NCBI GenBank assembly: GCA_016181465.1 | Contig: JACOZG010000001.1 | Span: 1 to 39,084, forward strand | Reading direction: 5' to 3' | Origin: Candidatus Vogelbacteria bacterium | Lineage (GTDB): Bacteria; Patescibacteriota; Minisyncoccia; Phycocordibacterales; JACOZG01 | DNA length: 39,084 nucleotides | Part shown: piece by piece, positions 1 to 8,390 of the stretch | How the letters are laid out: each line of letters starts with the position of its first letter | How positions within the stretch are numbered: position 1 is the stretch's first letter | The notes under the pieces: model-generated | Seen by the model: the letters and a program-made list of their open reading frames with translations, nothing else | Database searches by the model: none | What the model was told of the DNA's origin: nothing | Program-made: the position numbers and the translations under genes

Positions 1-433
1 TATTATAGCACGGCATTATTTCCGCCGCCCCGCGCTAGAAAAGGGTTTTAAACAAAAAATATGTGCCATGAGAATGGAACGAGTGGTGGAAGAAATCATG
101 GCCGAGCCGGAAAAGAAAGCCGAGTTGTTGTGCCGTCAAGAGCCGGAGTGGCAAGAGAGATGAATAAAAAATGCCGTCGGAAGCTGTACGCCGACGGCAA
201 AATAAAAGACTTGGGAACTCCTGTGATGCTTGAGTGTTTATATGATTCCGCTCGAACCTACTTTAGCAAAAATTTCTGATAAGGAAAAGAAAATGTTTTT
301 GCTTGTCTCTGCCCTCAATGCTTCGGGCAGGCGGCGGGGCTTCGCTTCCGGCTCGGTCTCGGCGGAATTCCCCCCACACCCTCCGCCGCGCCCTCGCTTG
401 GGCTGGCAGATTTTTTGGCGACGGGCTTTCAGC

Positions 434-979
434 TTACGCTCTGAGTTGTCCAACCCAGAAACCAAATACAAAACCGAGAATAACTCCAACAATACTGCTT
501 AGTATAAAGCCGATTATAAACCGATTTATATTCAATTGGGGTACTTTGCCTTGCACATCCATAAGAAAATCCGGCGATTCATAGATTTTCTGTGAATTTG
601 AGCCGAGTGCAAAGTCTATAAAAATCTCGTGGAGACCAGCATCCTCAAATGTGTAGGGAAATTCTAACACTCCACCTTGTACCAAAATGTCGCTTTTCTC
701 GAATAGAAACTCTCTTTTTGCGCTGCCGATTCCGCCAAGTTTAGCAATGCGAATTTTGACAACAAGGTCTTCTGAAATGAGTTTGTTGATCTCAAGGTCA
801 ACAAATGAGATAAGCATTGCCGTTCTTTCTCCAACTCTCGGCGTGAAAGGCGAGCGGGCAAGATTGATAAAGTATTTACCTTCAACAACTCGCTGGTCGC
901 CGCCGTTTGCGGAAATAAGTGCGGGCGAAAGAAAAATAAGCAGAAAGAACGCCGTTAAAATTTTTGTCGAGAAGTCCAT
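434..979 (-). CDS. Hypothetical exported protein with C-terminal membrane anchor
   Basis: The ATG at 979 gives a signal-peptide-like N-terminus (MDFSTKILTAFFLLIFLSPALISA), a beta-rich middle and a C-terminal TM helix. Last gene of the left operon. Confidence 0.7.
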   Translation of the reverse strand: MDFSTKILTAFFLLIFLSPALISANGGDQRVVEGKYFINLARSPFTPRVGERTAMLISFVDLEINKLISEDLVVKIRIAKLGGIGSAKREFLFEKSDILVQGGVLEFPYTFEDAGLHEIFIDFALGSNSQKIYESPDFLMDVQGKVPQLNINRFIIGFILSSIVGVILGFVFGFWVGQLRA

Positions 980-983
980 AAAC

Positions 984-2624
984 TTATACTCCGCAATTGG
1001 CGCCGCTACGATCCTGCGGCACAAGGCCGAGCTTCTTTATCTCGCTGTCAATATTCGCGTACCATCCGCCAATACTTGAATAATCTTTACCCATGACTAT
1101 TTTCGGATCAACATTTTCCCAATCAATATTTTTGACTGCCTTGAAATACAGGGCCGTCTGGATGTAGTTGTGCGGGAACCAGAAAGAATTGAAGGCAAGG
1201 GCTTCTCTGTAAAGCTCGTCTTCGGTTAACCCCTGCGCCGCGCCAAGCTGAAGAAGTCCGAGCAACGCTGATCCATGATTGCAATCTTGATAAAAAGTTG
1301 AGTTGTTGCAACACGGCCGATATGCGTTTTGAGCAATTTTCGTGACTAATGCTTCTTGCTCCGGCATCAGCTCAACAATTTTGAATTTGTTAAAGTACGC
1401 GCCGCCGTTTTCTTCTTTGCCCAAATCCCAGCCGCCAGTAGAAGCAAAGTTGAAAAGGGATTTGCCATTGATAGGACTCTCTTTATTTGACGACATATAG
1501 TTTGCAAGTCCCAGCGGCCACAAGAGATTCACATAGTAGTTAGCGTTTTGTCTGGTCAAAAGAATCGGCTCTTGGGATGACTTATCAAGTACATCTTTTA
1601 GTTCAGTAGGGAGACCCCCGCGATCTTGATAAATTGCCGAGAACTTCTCGCGGTTAATCACGCCGTTTTGCACAAGTTTTACCATGCTGTCGCTAAGCAC
1701 AATTTTACTCTGAAATCCCTGTTCGGGTAGAACTTTTGCAATCACTTCGTCAATAAGTTTGTTGCCGGTTTGAGAGGTATTTGCGTTATAGAGCGTGTTG
1801 TCGTTGGGATTGACTATGCCGTTCTGACTCAACGCTTTGGCGATTATCGGTTCGGTTTTGATCATATTCCAGCTGACAAAAGTAAGCACGATAACTGCGG
1901 CAAGAAGTCCCAAGAGCCACGGCCGATCCGATTCTTTGAATCGGTGATCTTTCGGCACAGGACAAGTGCCGTCTCCGCACTCAAGTTTTTTGAGGTCTCT
2001 CCGCATGAGCCATACCGGCAAGGCCATGAGTCCAAACGAGAGTACTTTGAGCTCTAAACCTTGAAGTGGAAAGGCGGCAAGTCCTCCGGCGATTCCGATT
2101 GCGGAAAGTATGGTTGAGCCACAGACAGGGCAGGCGGAGGCCGCAATGCCGAAAATCGTTCCAGCCCCGCCACCGGCTTCGGTTTTTAATTTCGGCGGTC
2201 CATATTTTCTCCAGCGATAGACAAGGAGTGAAATATTAACACCGAATAATACGATCGCCCCAAAAGTAAGAATCACATACGGCCAGAAGTAGAGAGGCGT
2301 GCTGTAAGTGTTTGTTACAATGTTCGTAATTGCTGAATCAAGGCGGAGTACCCAATAGAGGACGAGGAAAAAGGCAAGCGATGAAACGATACCGATAAGC
2401 CCGTAGAAAAGTTTTGTCAGAAACTTAATGTCTTCCGGCTTGAGCCCGTCTTTTTTAGATTCGTCTTCTTGCGGGATTGCGTGCGCAGTTATTTCGATGT
2501 TGCAACTCTGGTGTTCTTTGCACCACACTTCGCATTTCTCGGCCCACTCTTTATCTTCGTATTGGAAGCCACACTCCTCGCATTGGTATAGCTCTTTGTT
2601 ATCTTTTTGAATTATTTTGACCAT
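984..2624 (-). CDS. Cys-rich multi-pass membrane protein, putative metal-binding
   Basis: 546-aa ORF with N-terminal CEECG..C..WC..H..C, a TM region with ACPVCG, CGDGTC, an extracytoplasmic RPCC..DCNHG domain and a terminal GANCGV. Confidence 0.8.
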   Translation of the reverse strand: MVKIIQKDNKELYQCEECGFQYEDKEWAEKCEVWCKEHQSCNIEITAHAIPQEDESKKDGLKPEDIKFLTKLFYGLIGIVSSLAFFLVLYWVLRLDSAITNIVTNTYSTPLYFWPYVILTFGAIVLFGVNISLLVYRWRKYGPPKLKTEAGGGAGTIFGIAASACPVCGSTILSAIGIAGGLAAFPLQGLELKVLSFGLMALPVWLMRRDLKKLECGDGTCPVPKDHRFKESDRPWLLGLLAAVIVLTFVSWNMIKTEPIIAKALSQNGIVNPNDNTLYNANTSQTGNKLIDEVIAKVLPEQGFQSKIVLSDSMVKLVQNGVINREKFSAIYQDRGGLPTELKDVLDKSSQEPILLTRQNANYYVNLLWPLGLANYMSSNKESPINGKSLFNFASTGGWDLGKEENGGAYFNKFKIVELMPEQEALVTKIAQNAYRPCCNNSTFYQDCNHGSALLGLLQLGAAQGLTEDELYREALAFNSFWFPHNYIQTALYFKAVKNIDWENVDPKIVMGKDYSSIGGWYANIDSEIKKLGLVPQDRSGANCGV

Positions 2625-2647
2625 AAAAATTGTGGTTAATATACTAA

Positions 2648-3994
2648 TTACGCCTCTTTGGCTACCTCTCTTATGGCCGCGATTCCCTTTTCGGCGTCCT
2701 TTAGCGTGTTGTAGAAGGCAAACGTGGCGCGTAGGGCTCCCTTAACACCCAACGAGTCAAAATCAGCTCCGTCTTGAAGCTCTTTAATTTTTGAATTATG
2801 CTCTTCTTGCGATACACCAAGCAACTGGGGAAGCAATAAATGCGCGCAGAAGCAGCCGTCGCGCACGCTGACTCCCAGCTTGTTGAGCTTCCGCGCTGTT
2901 TCCTCGTAATTTGTTGCCGACAAGCCAATATTAAAAGTAATCACGGCTATTCTTTCGTCAAAATCCTTGGGCCCATAGACCTCCACGCCGTTTATTTTCA
3001 AAATCTCTCCAAGAAAATACTCTCCCATGGCCCGGTCGTGGCGCTTAATGGCGTCCATGCCTATTTTGTTTAGAAAATCAATGACCAAGCCCCACTCTAT
3101 CACGCCTTCAAGATTCTGCGTGCCCGGCTCAAATCTCGCCGGGGACTCCTCGTAAGCCGTCTCGACTTTGCCGACGAGTTTCACCGCGCTGCCACCGCTG
3201 ATCTCATTGCCCAAATATTTATCGCTCTCTTTTTTTACAAACAACGCACCCATACCCATTGAGCCGTACATTTTGTGGGCGGAAACTCCCGCGAAGTCCA
3301 CGCTAAGTTCGTCAAGATTAATCGGTATGTGCCCCGCAGATTGAGCCATATCAAGATAAATAAGCGCGTTATCCGGCAGAATTTCCCTTATTTCTTTTAC
3401 TGGATTTATGACCCCAGTCACATTGGAGACATGCGCGAGCATCAACAATATTTTACCTGTCTGCCGGCGGCGATGCAGGCTCGCTTTGTTCTCGGCCGCG
3501 ATTTTACGCAAAGTGTCTAAATCCAGCCGCCCATCGGGCAACCTTACGGGAATATATTTCACATCTGCCACGGCTTTTTTCGCGTAGTTTCGCGCTGTGA
3601 GCACCTGAGAATTGTGCTCCATATCAGTGATAAGAAGAAGGTCGCCGGGCTCAAAGTTAAACCTTGACCCAAGCAGGTTGGACGCGGCTGTCGCTCCTGA
3701 AGTCAGAGCAATGTAATAATTACTGGCGCTAAAAAACCCGCTGATTTTCTGTTTTGCCTCCTCGTACCTTACCTGGTATTCCCTCGCCTCGTCTGAGTTT
3801 TCTGAATGATTGCTGCCCCTCAAGTGGTTTGTTCTGTAAACGTACATCCTGTCTATTACGCTTTTTGGCACCTGGGTTGTCGCGCCGTTATCCAGATAAA
3901 CCCTGCCGAGCTTGTCTAAATTGGGAAATTCCTTAGCGCGAATTTCTTTTATGCTCGGGAGAAGGCCGTGAAAATCTTTATTTTGCGCTGTCAT
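2648..3994 (-). CDS. Cysteine desulfurase / class V PLP aminotransferase (SufS-like)
   Basis: Motifs YLDNGATTQ, MEHNS, HVSNVTG, DMAQS, SAHKMYG (PLP Lys), RFEPGT and RDGCFCAH (catalytic Cys region). Confidence 0.9.
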   Translation of the reverse strand: MTAQNKDFHGLLPSIKEIRAKEFPNLDKLGRVYLDNGATTQVPKSVIDRMYVYRTNHLRGSNHSENSDEAREYQVRYEEAKQKISGFFSASNYYIALTSGATAASNLLGSRFNFEPGDLLLITDMEHNSQVLTARNYAKKAVADVKYIPVRLPDGRLDLDTLRKIAAENKASLHRRRQTGKILLMLAHVSNVTGVINPVKEIREILPDNALIYLDMAQSAGHIPINLDELSVDFAGVSAHKMYGSMGMGALFVKKESDKYLGNEISGGSAVKLVGKVETAYEESPARFEPGTQNLEGVIEWGLVIDFLNKIGMDAIKRHDRAMGEYFLGEILKINGVEVYGPKDFDERIAVITFNIGLSATNYEETARKLNKLGVSVRDGCFCAHLLLPQLLGVSQEEHNSKIKELQDGADFDSLGVKGALRATFAFYNTLKDAEKGIAAIREVAKEA

Positions 3995-4018
3995 ATTTAT
4001 GGTTCGTTGGCCATAATT

Positions 4019-4586
4019 TTAGTGATGGTGTTCGCTGTCGCCGCCGCAACCGTCCGAGAGATTCCAAACTTGGGTCACTTGCTCGCCAGTGAAGCCATGA
4101 TTTTTAATGAGATATTTTCCTAATCCACCGTAGACATACCATCTCCAACATTTGCAACAGCAAGGCCCTTTCTCGCTTGAATTTTGCATCGCATAGTCAT
4201 ACGCTTTCTGTTCGTCTGGCGTAAGCTCTAGGTCGTAATCCGACATAAGTTCTTTGGCGAGCCCGGCTTCGATGTCGTAAGGATCATCAGGAATTTTTTT
4301 GATGTTTTGGCTGGCAACAGATTTGAACTTTTCCAACCCTTCAACCTGTTCAGAATAGCGCTGGACGCTCATCGGACTGCAACAGGAACCTTGCAGACGG
4401 ACATCATCGGGCATGTCGGCTATTGAATCCCTAAACCCGCCCGAACATGATGAGTTGCCGTTCTTGGATAGGTAGTCAAACTTCGCCGCGAGAGCTTCGC
4501 TTACAACATGAGACGATGAGTCATTCTTTGATGATTGATTCGAGAAATGCGATAGCAACAATTGTAATTTGTAATTTTTTATTCAT
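4019..4586 (-). CDS. Cys-rich exported protein, 5' end out of frame
   Basis: Main ORF 4019-4561 has CS, CCSP, PCCCKCWRW and CGG..HHH. A signal-like MNKKLQITIVAIAFL starts at ATG 4586 in a different frame. Confidence 0.65.
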
Positions 4587-4646
4587 AGTAGATTTCTAAA
4601 GATTCAACAAACAAAATAAACTAAAATTGGCAAAAGCCCGCAAGTA

Positions 4647-5078
4647 TTAAATGTGTGCTGGTTCGTAAATTTTAGGATTGAGAATGCCGTCGGAAAACGC
4701 AACAAGAAAAGGGTCGAGAACTTTTGCGAAGTTGGCTCTACGATAAGCAAGGAATCGCACTGTAGATGCGGTTAGTTTTTTGAGTTGTGAAAATGGTTTT
4801 TTAATGAATGAGGCGAGAGTCGCGATCAACAACGCCACGGCCAGCGCAAGAAAATTCGTCTTTGTCGGTATGCCGAGAAATGCTTGTTGCCACTTGGTAA
4901 TATGCTCCGTAACATTCATTTGGCACATAGTTGCTTGACCCGCCATAAATGGACAGCCGGACATCTGGCCGTCTTTCGTCTCCATACTCATGCCCATCCC
5001 TAAAATACTCATGAAAGCGAACAAGACGAGGATAAAAATTATAAGATTTTCAGAAAGTTTTCCTCGCAAGTCGAGCAT
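4647..5078 (-). CDS. Met/Cys-rich membrane protein, first gene of the putative metal-associated operon
   Basis: Two hydrophobic segments flank MGMGMSM..MSGCPFM..MCQM..EH. Confidence 0.7.
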   Translation of the reverse strand: MLDLRGKLSENLIIFILVLFAFMSILGMGMSMETKDGQMSGCPFMAGQATMCQMNVTEHITKWQQAFLGIPTKTNFLALAVALLIATLASFIKKPFSQLKKLTASTVRFLAYRRANFAKVLDPFLVAFSDGILNPKIYEPAHI

Positions 5079-5241
5079 AGATTCACTGTATCACAAAGTT
5101 TGCTTGTGTTAAACAAATGGCAAGTAAAGAAAAGCGGCTCTTTTTCAAATCAAATCGGCGGTTTCGTGTCATAGTTCGCGTGTATGGCCACACAACACGC
5201 GAAACAAGCCCTCCGGCAAGGGGAACCCTTGCCATCAAAAA

Positions 5242-5291
5242 TGACCCCTACGAGATTTGAACTTGTGTTTTCGCCGTGAGAGGGCGATGTC
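5242..5291 (-). pseudogene. 3' fragment of a divergent tRNA-Glu(CTC)
   Basis: Minus strand GACATCGCC-CTCTCAC-GGCGA-AAAC-ACAAG-TTCAAAT-CTCGT-AGGGGTCA gives the anticodon arm, T arm and 3' acceptor strand. The 5' part is missing. Confidence 0.8.
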
Positions 5292-5342
5292 TCCCGATTT
5301 TGATTTATCAAAATCGAGGATCCTCGATTTTCTAAAACGCAA

Positions 5343-5414
5343 TGACGCGTACGGGAGTCGAACCCGTGTTTCTACCGTGAGAGGGTAGCGTCCTAGCCAC
5401 TAGACGAACGCGCC
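5343..5414 (-). tRNA. tRNA-Glu(CTC)
   Basis: Cloverleaf: acceptor GGCGCGT/ACGCGTC plus A, D arm, CTACC-CTCTCAC-GGTAG anticodon arm, GTTCGAC T loop. CCA is not encoded. Confidence 0.95.
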
Positions 5415-5445
5415 AATGCCTGTAGTGTATAATATTTGTCGAGAG

Positions 5446-6285
5446 ATGAGCAATGATGATTTAGTTTTTGAGGTGGTGCGGCTGGTGCCGCGAGGTCAGG
5501 TGACGACCTACGGCGCGATCGCAAAATTAACTGGCCTTGGCCCAAGAATCGTGGGCCAGATTCTGCACCGCAACCAGCGGCCCCGGAAAATTCCGTGCCA
5601 TCGGGTGGTGCGCTCTGACGGAAGTTTAGCCGCCGGTTATGCTTTTGGCGGCCCGACGGCGCAGAAGAAAAAATTGCTCGCCGAAGGAATAATCTTTAAG
5701 AACGGCTGTGTCCAGTTAAAAAATTTTTGTTTTACCCGGCCAAACCGGGCGCTTCAACGGTATTTTTTATTGCTTCGGCAATTCGACCGGCCGGCGGTCT
5801 GGCCCTGGTCGGGCGCGCCAGCCCACTCCGAAGAGGAAATCGTCATCGGCGCGATTTTAACCCAGCGGGTCAGTTGGCGCAATGTGGAAAAGGCGTTGAC
5901 TAATTTACGGACGGCGCGGGCGAATAAACTAGAGGCCTTGCGCCGGCTCGGCGAACAACAACCAGAAACATTGGAGCGCTTGATTCGACCTTCTGGTTTT
6001 TACCGCCAGAAAGCCAAGTGTTTACTGACACTGGCTCAATCAGTGACCCGGGCCGGCGACTGGCAGAAATGGCGGCGACTCGGCACCGCCCGGCTCCGCC
6101 AAACCATGCTTGATCTTAAAGGCATCGGTCCGGAAACAGCCGACACGATTTTACTTTACGCGCTCGGTCGGCCGGTGTTTGTGATTGACGAATACACGCG
6201 CCGTTTTGTCAGCTGGCTGGCCGAAAACCAGCAGGGGAGTCAGCCGGCGGCTTTTTGTTGTTGCAGAATCAGATTAACGAATTAG
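5446..6285 (+). CDS. Fusion of an MGMT/ATL-type DNA-binding domain and an endonuclease III-like HhH-GPD domain, C-terminus apparently truncated
   Basis: VTTYGAIA, PRIVG and IPCHRVV, then IGAILTQ, IRPSGFYRQKA, LKGIGPETADTILLYA and VIDEYTRR. The residues after YTRRFV look out of frame. Confidence 0.85.
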   Translation: MSNDDLVFEVVRLVPRGQVTTYGAIAKLTGLGPRIVGQILHRNQRPRKIPCHRVVRSDGSLAAGYAFGGPTAQKKKLLAEGIIFKNGCVQLKNFCFTRPNRALQRYFLLLRQFDRPAVWPWSGAPAHSEEEIVIGAILTQRVSWRNVEKALTNLRTARANKLEALRRLGEQQPETLERLIRPSGFYRQKAKCLLTLAQSVTRAGDWQKWRRLGTARLRQTMLDLKGIGPETADTILLYALGRPVFVIDEYTRRFVSWLAENQQGSQPAAFCCCRIRLTN

Positions 6286-7199
6286 TGCGCACGGTGGATC
6301 AAAAATTGACCGAATCCAGCCGGACGATTTTTGACTCGATGCGCAATCAATTCGGCGAATCGGCGAAAATTATCCGCGAGGTGACCGAACGCCTGACCAA
6401 GCTCGATGAGACTAATAAGCAGGTTGTCAGCTTTGCCGATCAACTTCAGTCGCTGCAAGACATTTTGAAGAATCCCAAACAGCGCGGGGTGCTGGGAGAA
6501 TATTATTTGGAGACCTTGTTAAAGAATGTTTTGCCGCCCGGCAGTTACCAAATGCAGTATCCTTTCTCCGACGGTACGATCGTTGACGCGGTGGTTTTTG
6601 TCAAAGATAAAATTATCCCGATTGATTCTAAATTTTCGCTGGAAAATTACAATCGCTTGGTTGAGGAACGCGATCCGACCGAGCGCGAGCGGCTAGAAAA
6701 ATTATTCAAACAGGACTTGAAAAACCGGATTGACGAAACCGCCAAATATGTCAAGCCCGAGGAACGAACGATGGATTTTGCCTTCATGTTCATCCCGCAT
6801 GAAGCGATCTATTATGACTTGCTGGTGGCGCAAGTCGGCGCCGTCAAGATTAACACCAGAGATCTCGTTGAGTATGCCTTTAAAGAAAAACGCGTAATCA
6901 TTGTTTCGCCGACTTCATTTCTGGCGTATTTGCAAACGGTCTTGCAGGGGCTGAAAGCGCTCCAGATTGAGGAATCGGCGAAAGAGATCCGAACGCGCGT
7001 GGAAAATCTTGGTCGTCACCTCGCCTCTTACGAAGAGTATATGAAGAAATTAGGCGGTTCGCTGGGCACGACGGTCAATCAATATAATCTGGCGTATCGT
7101 GAATTGAAAAAAGTGGATAAGGATGTGACCCGGATTACCGGCGAGAGTCCTGGTTTGGAGACGGTGGCGCTTGATAAACCGGCCTCTATTGAGGAATAA
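6255..7199 (+). CDS. rmuC: DNA recombination protein RmuC, N-terminal anchor apparently missing
   Basis: Coiled coil followed by NPKQRGVLGE, IPIDSKF, TMDFAFMFIPHE and IIVSPT. Confidence 0.9.
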   Translation: MLLQNQINELVRTVDQKLTESSRTIFDSMRNQFGESAKIIREVTERLTKLDETNKQVVSFADQLQSLQDILKNPKQRGVLGEYYLETLLKNVLPPGSYQMQYPFSDGTIVDAVVFVKDKIIPIDSKFSLENYNRLVEERDPTERERLEKLFKQDLKNRIDETAKYVKPEERTMDFAFMFIPHEAIYYDLLVAQVGAVKINTRDLVEYAFKEKRVIIVSPTSFLAYLQTVLQGLKALQIEESAKEIRTRVENLGRHLASYEEYMKKLGGSLGTTVNQYNLAYRELKKVDKDVTRITGESPGLETVALDKPASIEE

Positions 7200-7206
7200 T
7201 AGGATT

Positions 7207-7332
7207 ATGAAAAATTACGACAAAACCGGAGGGAAAAAGGGCAAACCGGCCTTTCGCACGCCGTCGTGGTTTAAAAACGCGCCTGGCAAGCAAAAAGGAT
7301 TTAAACCGGCCTTTCGCCGCCCGAGTGTTTAA
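7207..7332 (+). CDS. Small basic protein (41 aa)
   Basis: AGGA lies just upstream of the ATG. MKNYDKTGGKKGKPAFRTPSWFKNAPGKQKGFKPAFRRPSV fills the rmuC-recR gap. Confidence 0.6.
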   Translation: MKNYDKTGGKKGKPAFRTPSWFKNAPGKQKGFKPAFRRPSV

Positions 7333-7334
7333 GA

Positions 7335-7943
7335 ATGCCTGATGTAATTGAAAAATTGGTCGCGACGTTTCTGCGTTTTCCCGGGATCGGGCCGCGCCAG
7401 GCGCGGCGCTTTGTTTACCATCTCTTGACCCAAAATTCCGGCGCCGTGGAAAATTTGGCTAAAGATTTGCTGGCGCTGAAAAAACAAATTGGCCAATGCC
7501 AAAGCTGTTACAGATTTTTCGCGGCGACGGAAGCGTCGGCCCAAAGCGTCTGCGATCTCTGCCAAGATCCGGCTCGTGACTCTGGTTTCTTGATGATTGT
7601 TGAAAAAGACGCTGACCTTGAGGCGGTGAGAAAATCCAGTGAATACCAGGGGCGATTTTTCGTCCTGGGCGGCTTGTTGCCCATCCTTGAAGCTGAACCG
7701 GAAAAGAAAATCCGCCTTCGGGAGCTCCAAACCCGTCTCAAGGCCAGCCCGGGTCAACTGAAAGAAATTATTCTAGCTTTGGCGGCGAACGTCGAGGGCG
7801 ACAATACTGCTGACTATCTCCAGAAATTTTTAGCGCCCGCCGGTCTCAAAATTTCTGTCCTCGGCCGCGGACTGTCCACTGGCACCGAACTTGAATACTC
7901 GGACGCGGCCACACTGAAAAACGCCCTTAAAAATCGATCCTAG
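7335..7943 (+). CDS. recR: Recombination mediator RecR
   Basis: HhH motif FPGIGPRQARR, C4 zinc finger, and TOPRIM region EIILAL..VEGD.TA..GTELEY.D. Confidence 0.95.
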   Translation: MPDVIEKLVATFLRFPGIGPRQARRFVYHLLTQNSGAVENLAKDLLALKKQIGQCQSCYRFFAATEASAQSVCDLCQDPARDSGFLMIVEKDADLEAVRKSSEYQGRFFVLGGLLPILEAEPEKKIRLRELQTRLKASPGQLKEIILALAANVEGDNTADYLQKFLAPAGLKISVLGRGLSTGTELEYSDAATLKNALKNRS

Positions 7944-8241
7944 TTATTTTAACCTGCGTGTAGGGCTGACGATGCCCGCGTTTTACCCGATAACGAGTTT
8001 TCGCTTTATATTTGAGCACCACCACTTTCTTGGCTCGATTTTGGTCAATGATCTCGCCGGTCACTGTCGCACCGGCCACGATCGGGGTACCGATTTTAAT
8101 CTCTTCCCCGTCTCGCGTTAAAAGCACTTCATTAAAAATCACTGGTTTGCCAGTTTCAACATCCAGTTTTTCCACCCGGAGAGTCTGCCCCTCTGCAACG
8201 CGATATTGCTTCCCGCCGGTTTTAATCACCGCAAATTTCAT
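7927..8241 (-). CDS. rplU: 50S ribosomal protein L21
   Basis: MKFAVIKTGGKQYRV...GHRQPYT. Confidence 0.97.
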   Translation of the reverse strand: MKFAVIKTGGKQYRVAEGQTLRVEKLDVETGKPVIFNEVLLTRDGEEIKIGTPIVAGATVTGEIIDQNRAKKVVVLKYKAKTRYRVKRGHRQPYTQVKITRIDF

Positions 8242-8325
8242 GGCTTTAATCCTAACCCATTTCCTCGCCTTCAACCACTTGACAACAAAACTTAATTATG
8301 ATAACCTAAACGTAAACGCCACTGG

Positions 8326-8340
8326 CAAGGTTAAACCTTG
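8326..8340. repeat. Short palindrome CAAGGTTAAACCTTG (REP-like)
   Basis: Intergenic palindrome with a related copy at 10411-10431. Confidence 0.6.
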
Positions 8341-8390
8341 ACCGTCATCGCTAGCTTAAATGGCGATCAAGATCGGCGAACAGCTTCTCT

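Noticed and set aside
61-584. Short overlapping ORFs at the window start
   Set aside because: Mutually overlapping, low complexity and with no recognisable domain; probably non-coding or remnants.
984-4586. Selenocysteine readthrough or recoded TGA in the Cys-rich genes
   Set aside because: No in-frame TGA interrupts the domains, and TGA ends dnaB and mraY normally.
8279-8390. Structured RNA (SRP/6S-like) between rplU and dnaB
   Set aside because: A promoter-like sequence and small hairpins are present, but no family motif is recognisable.
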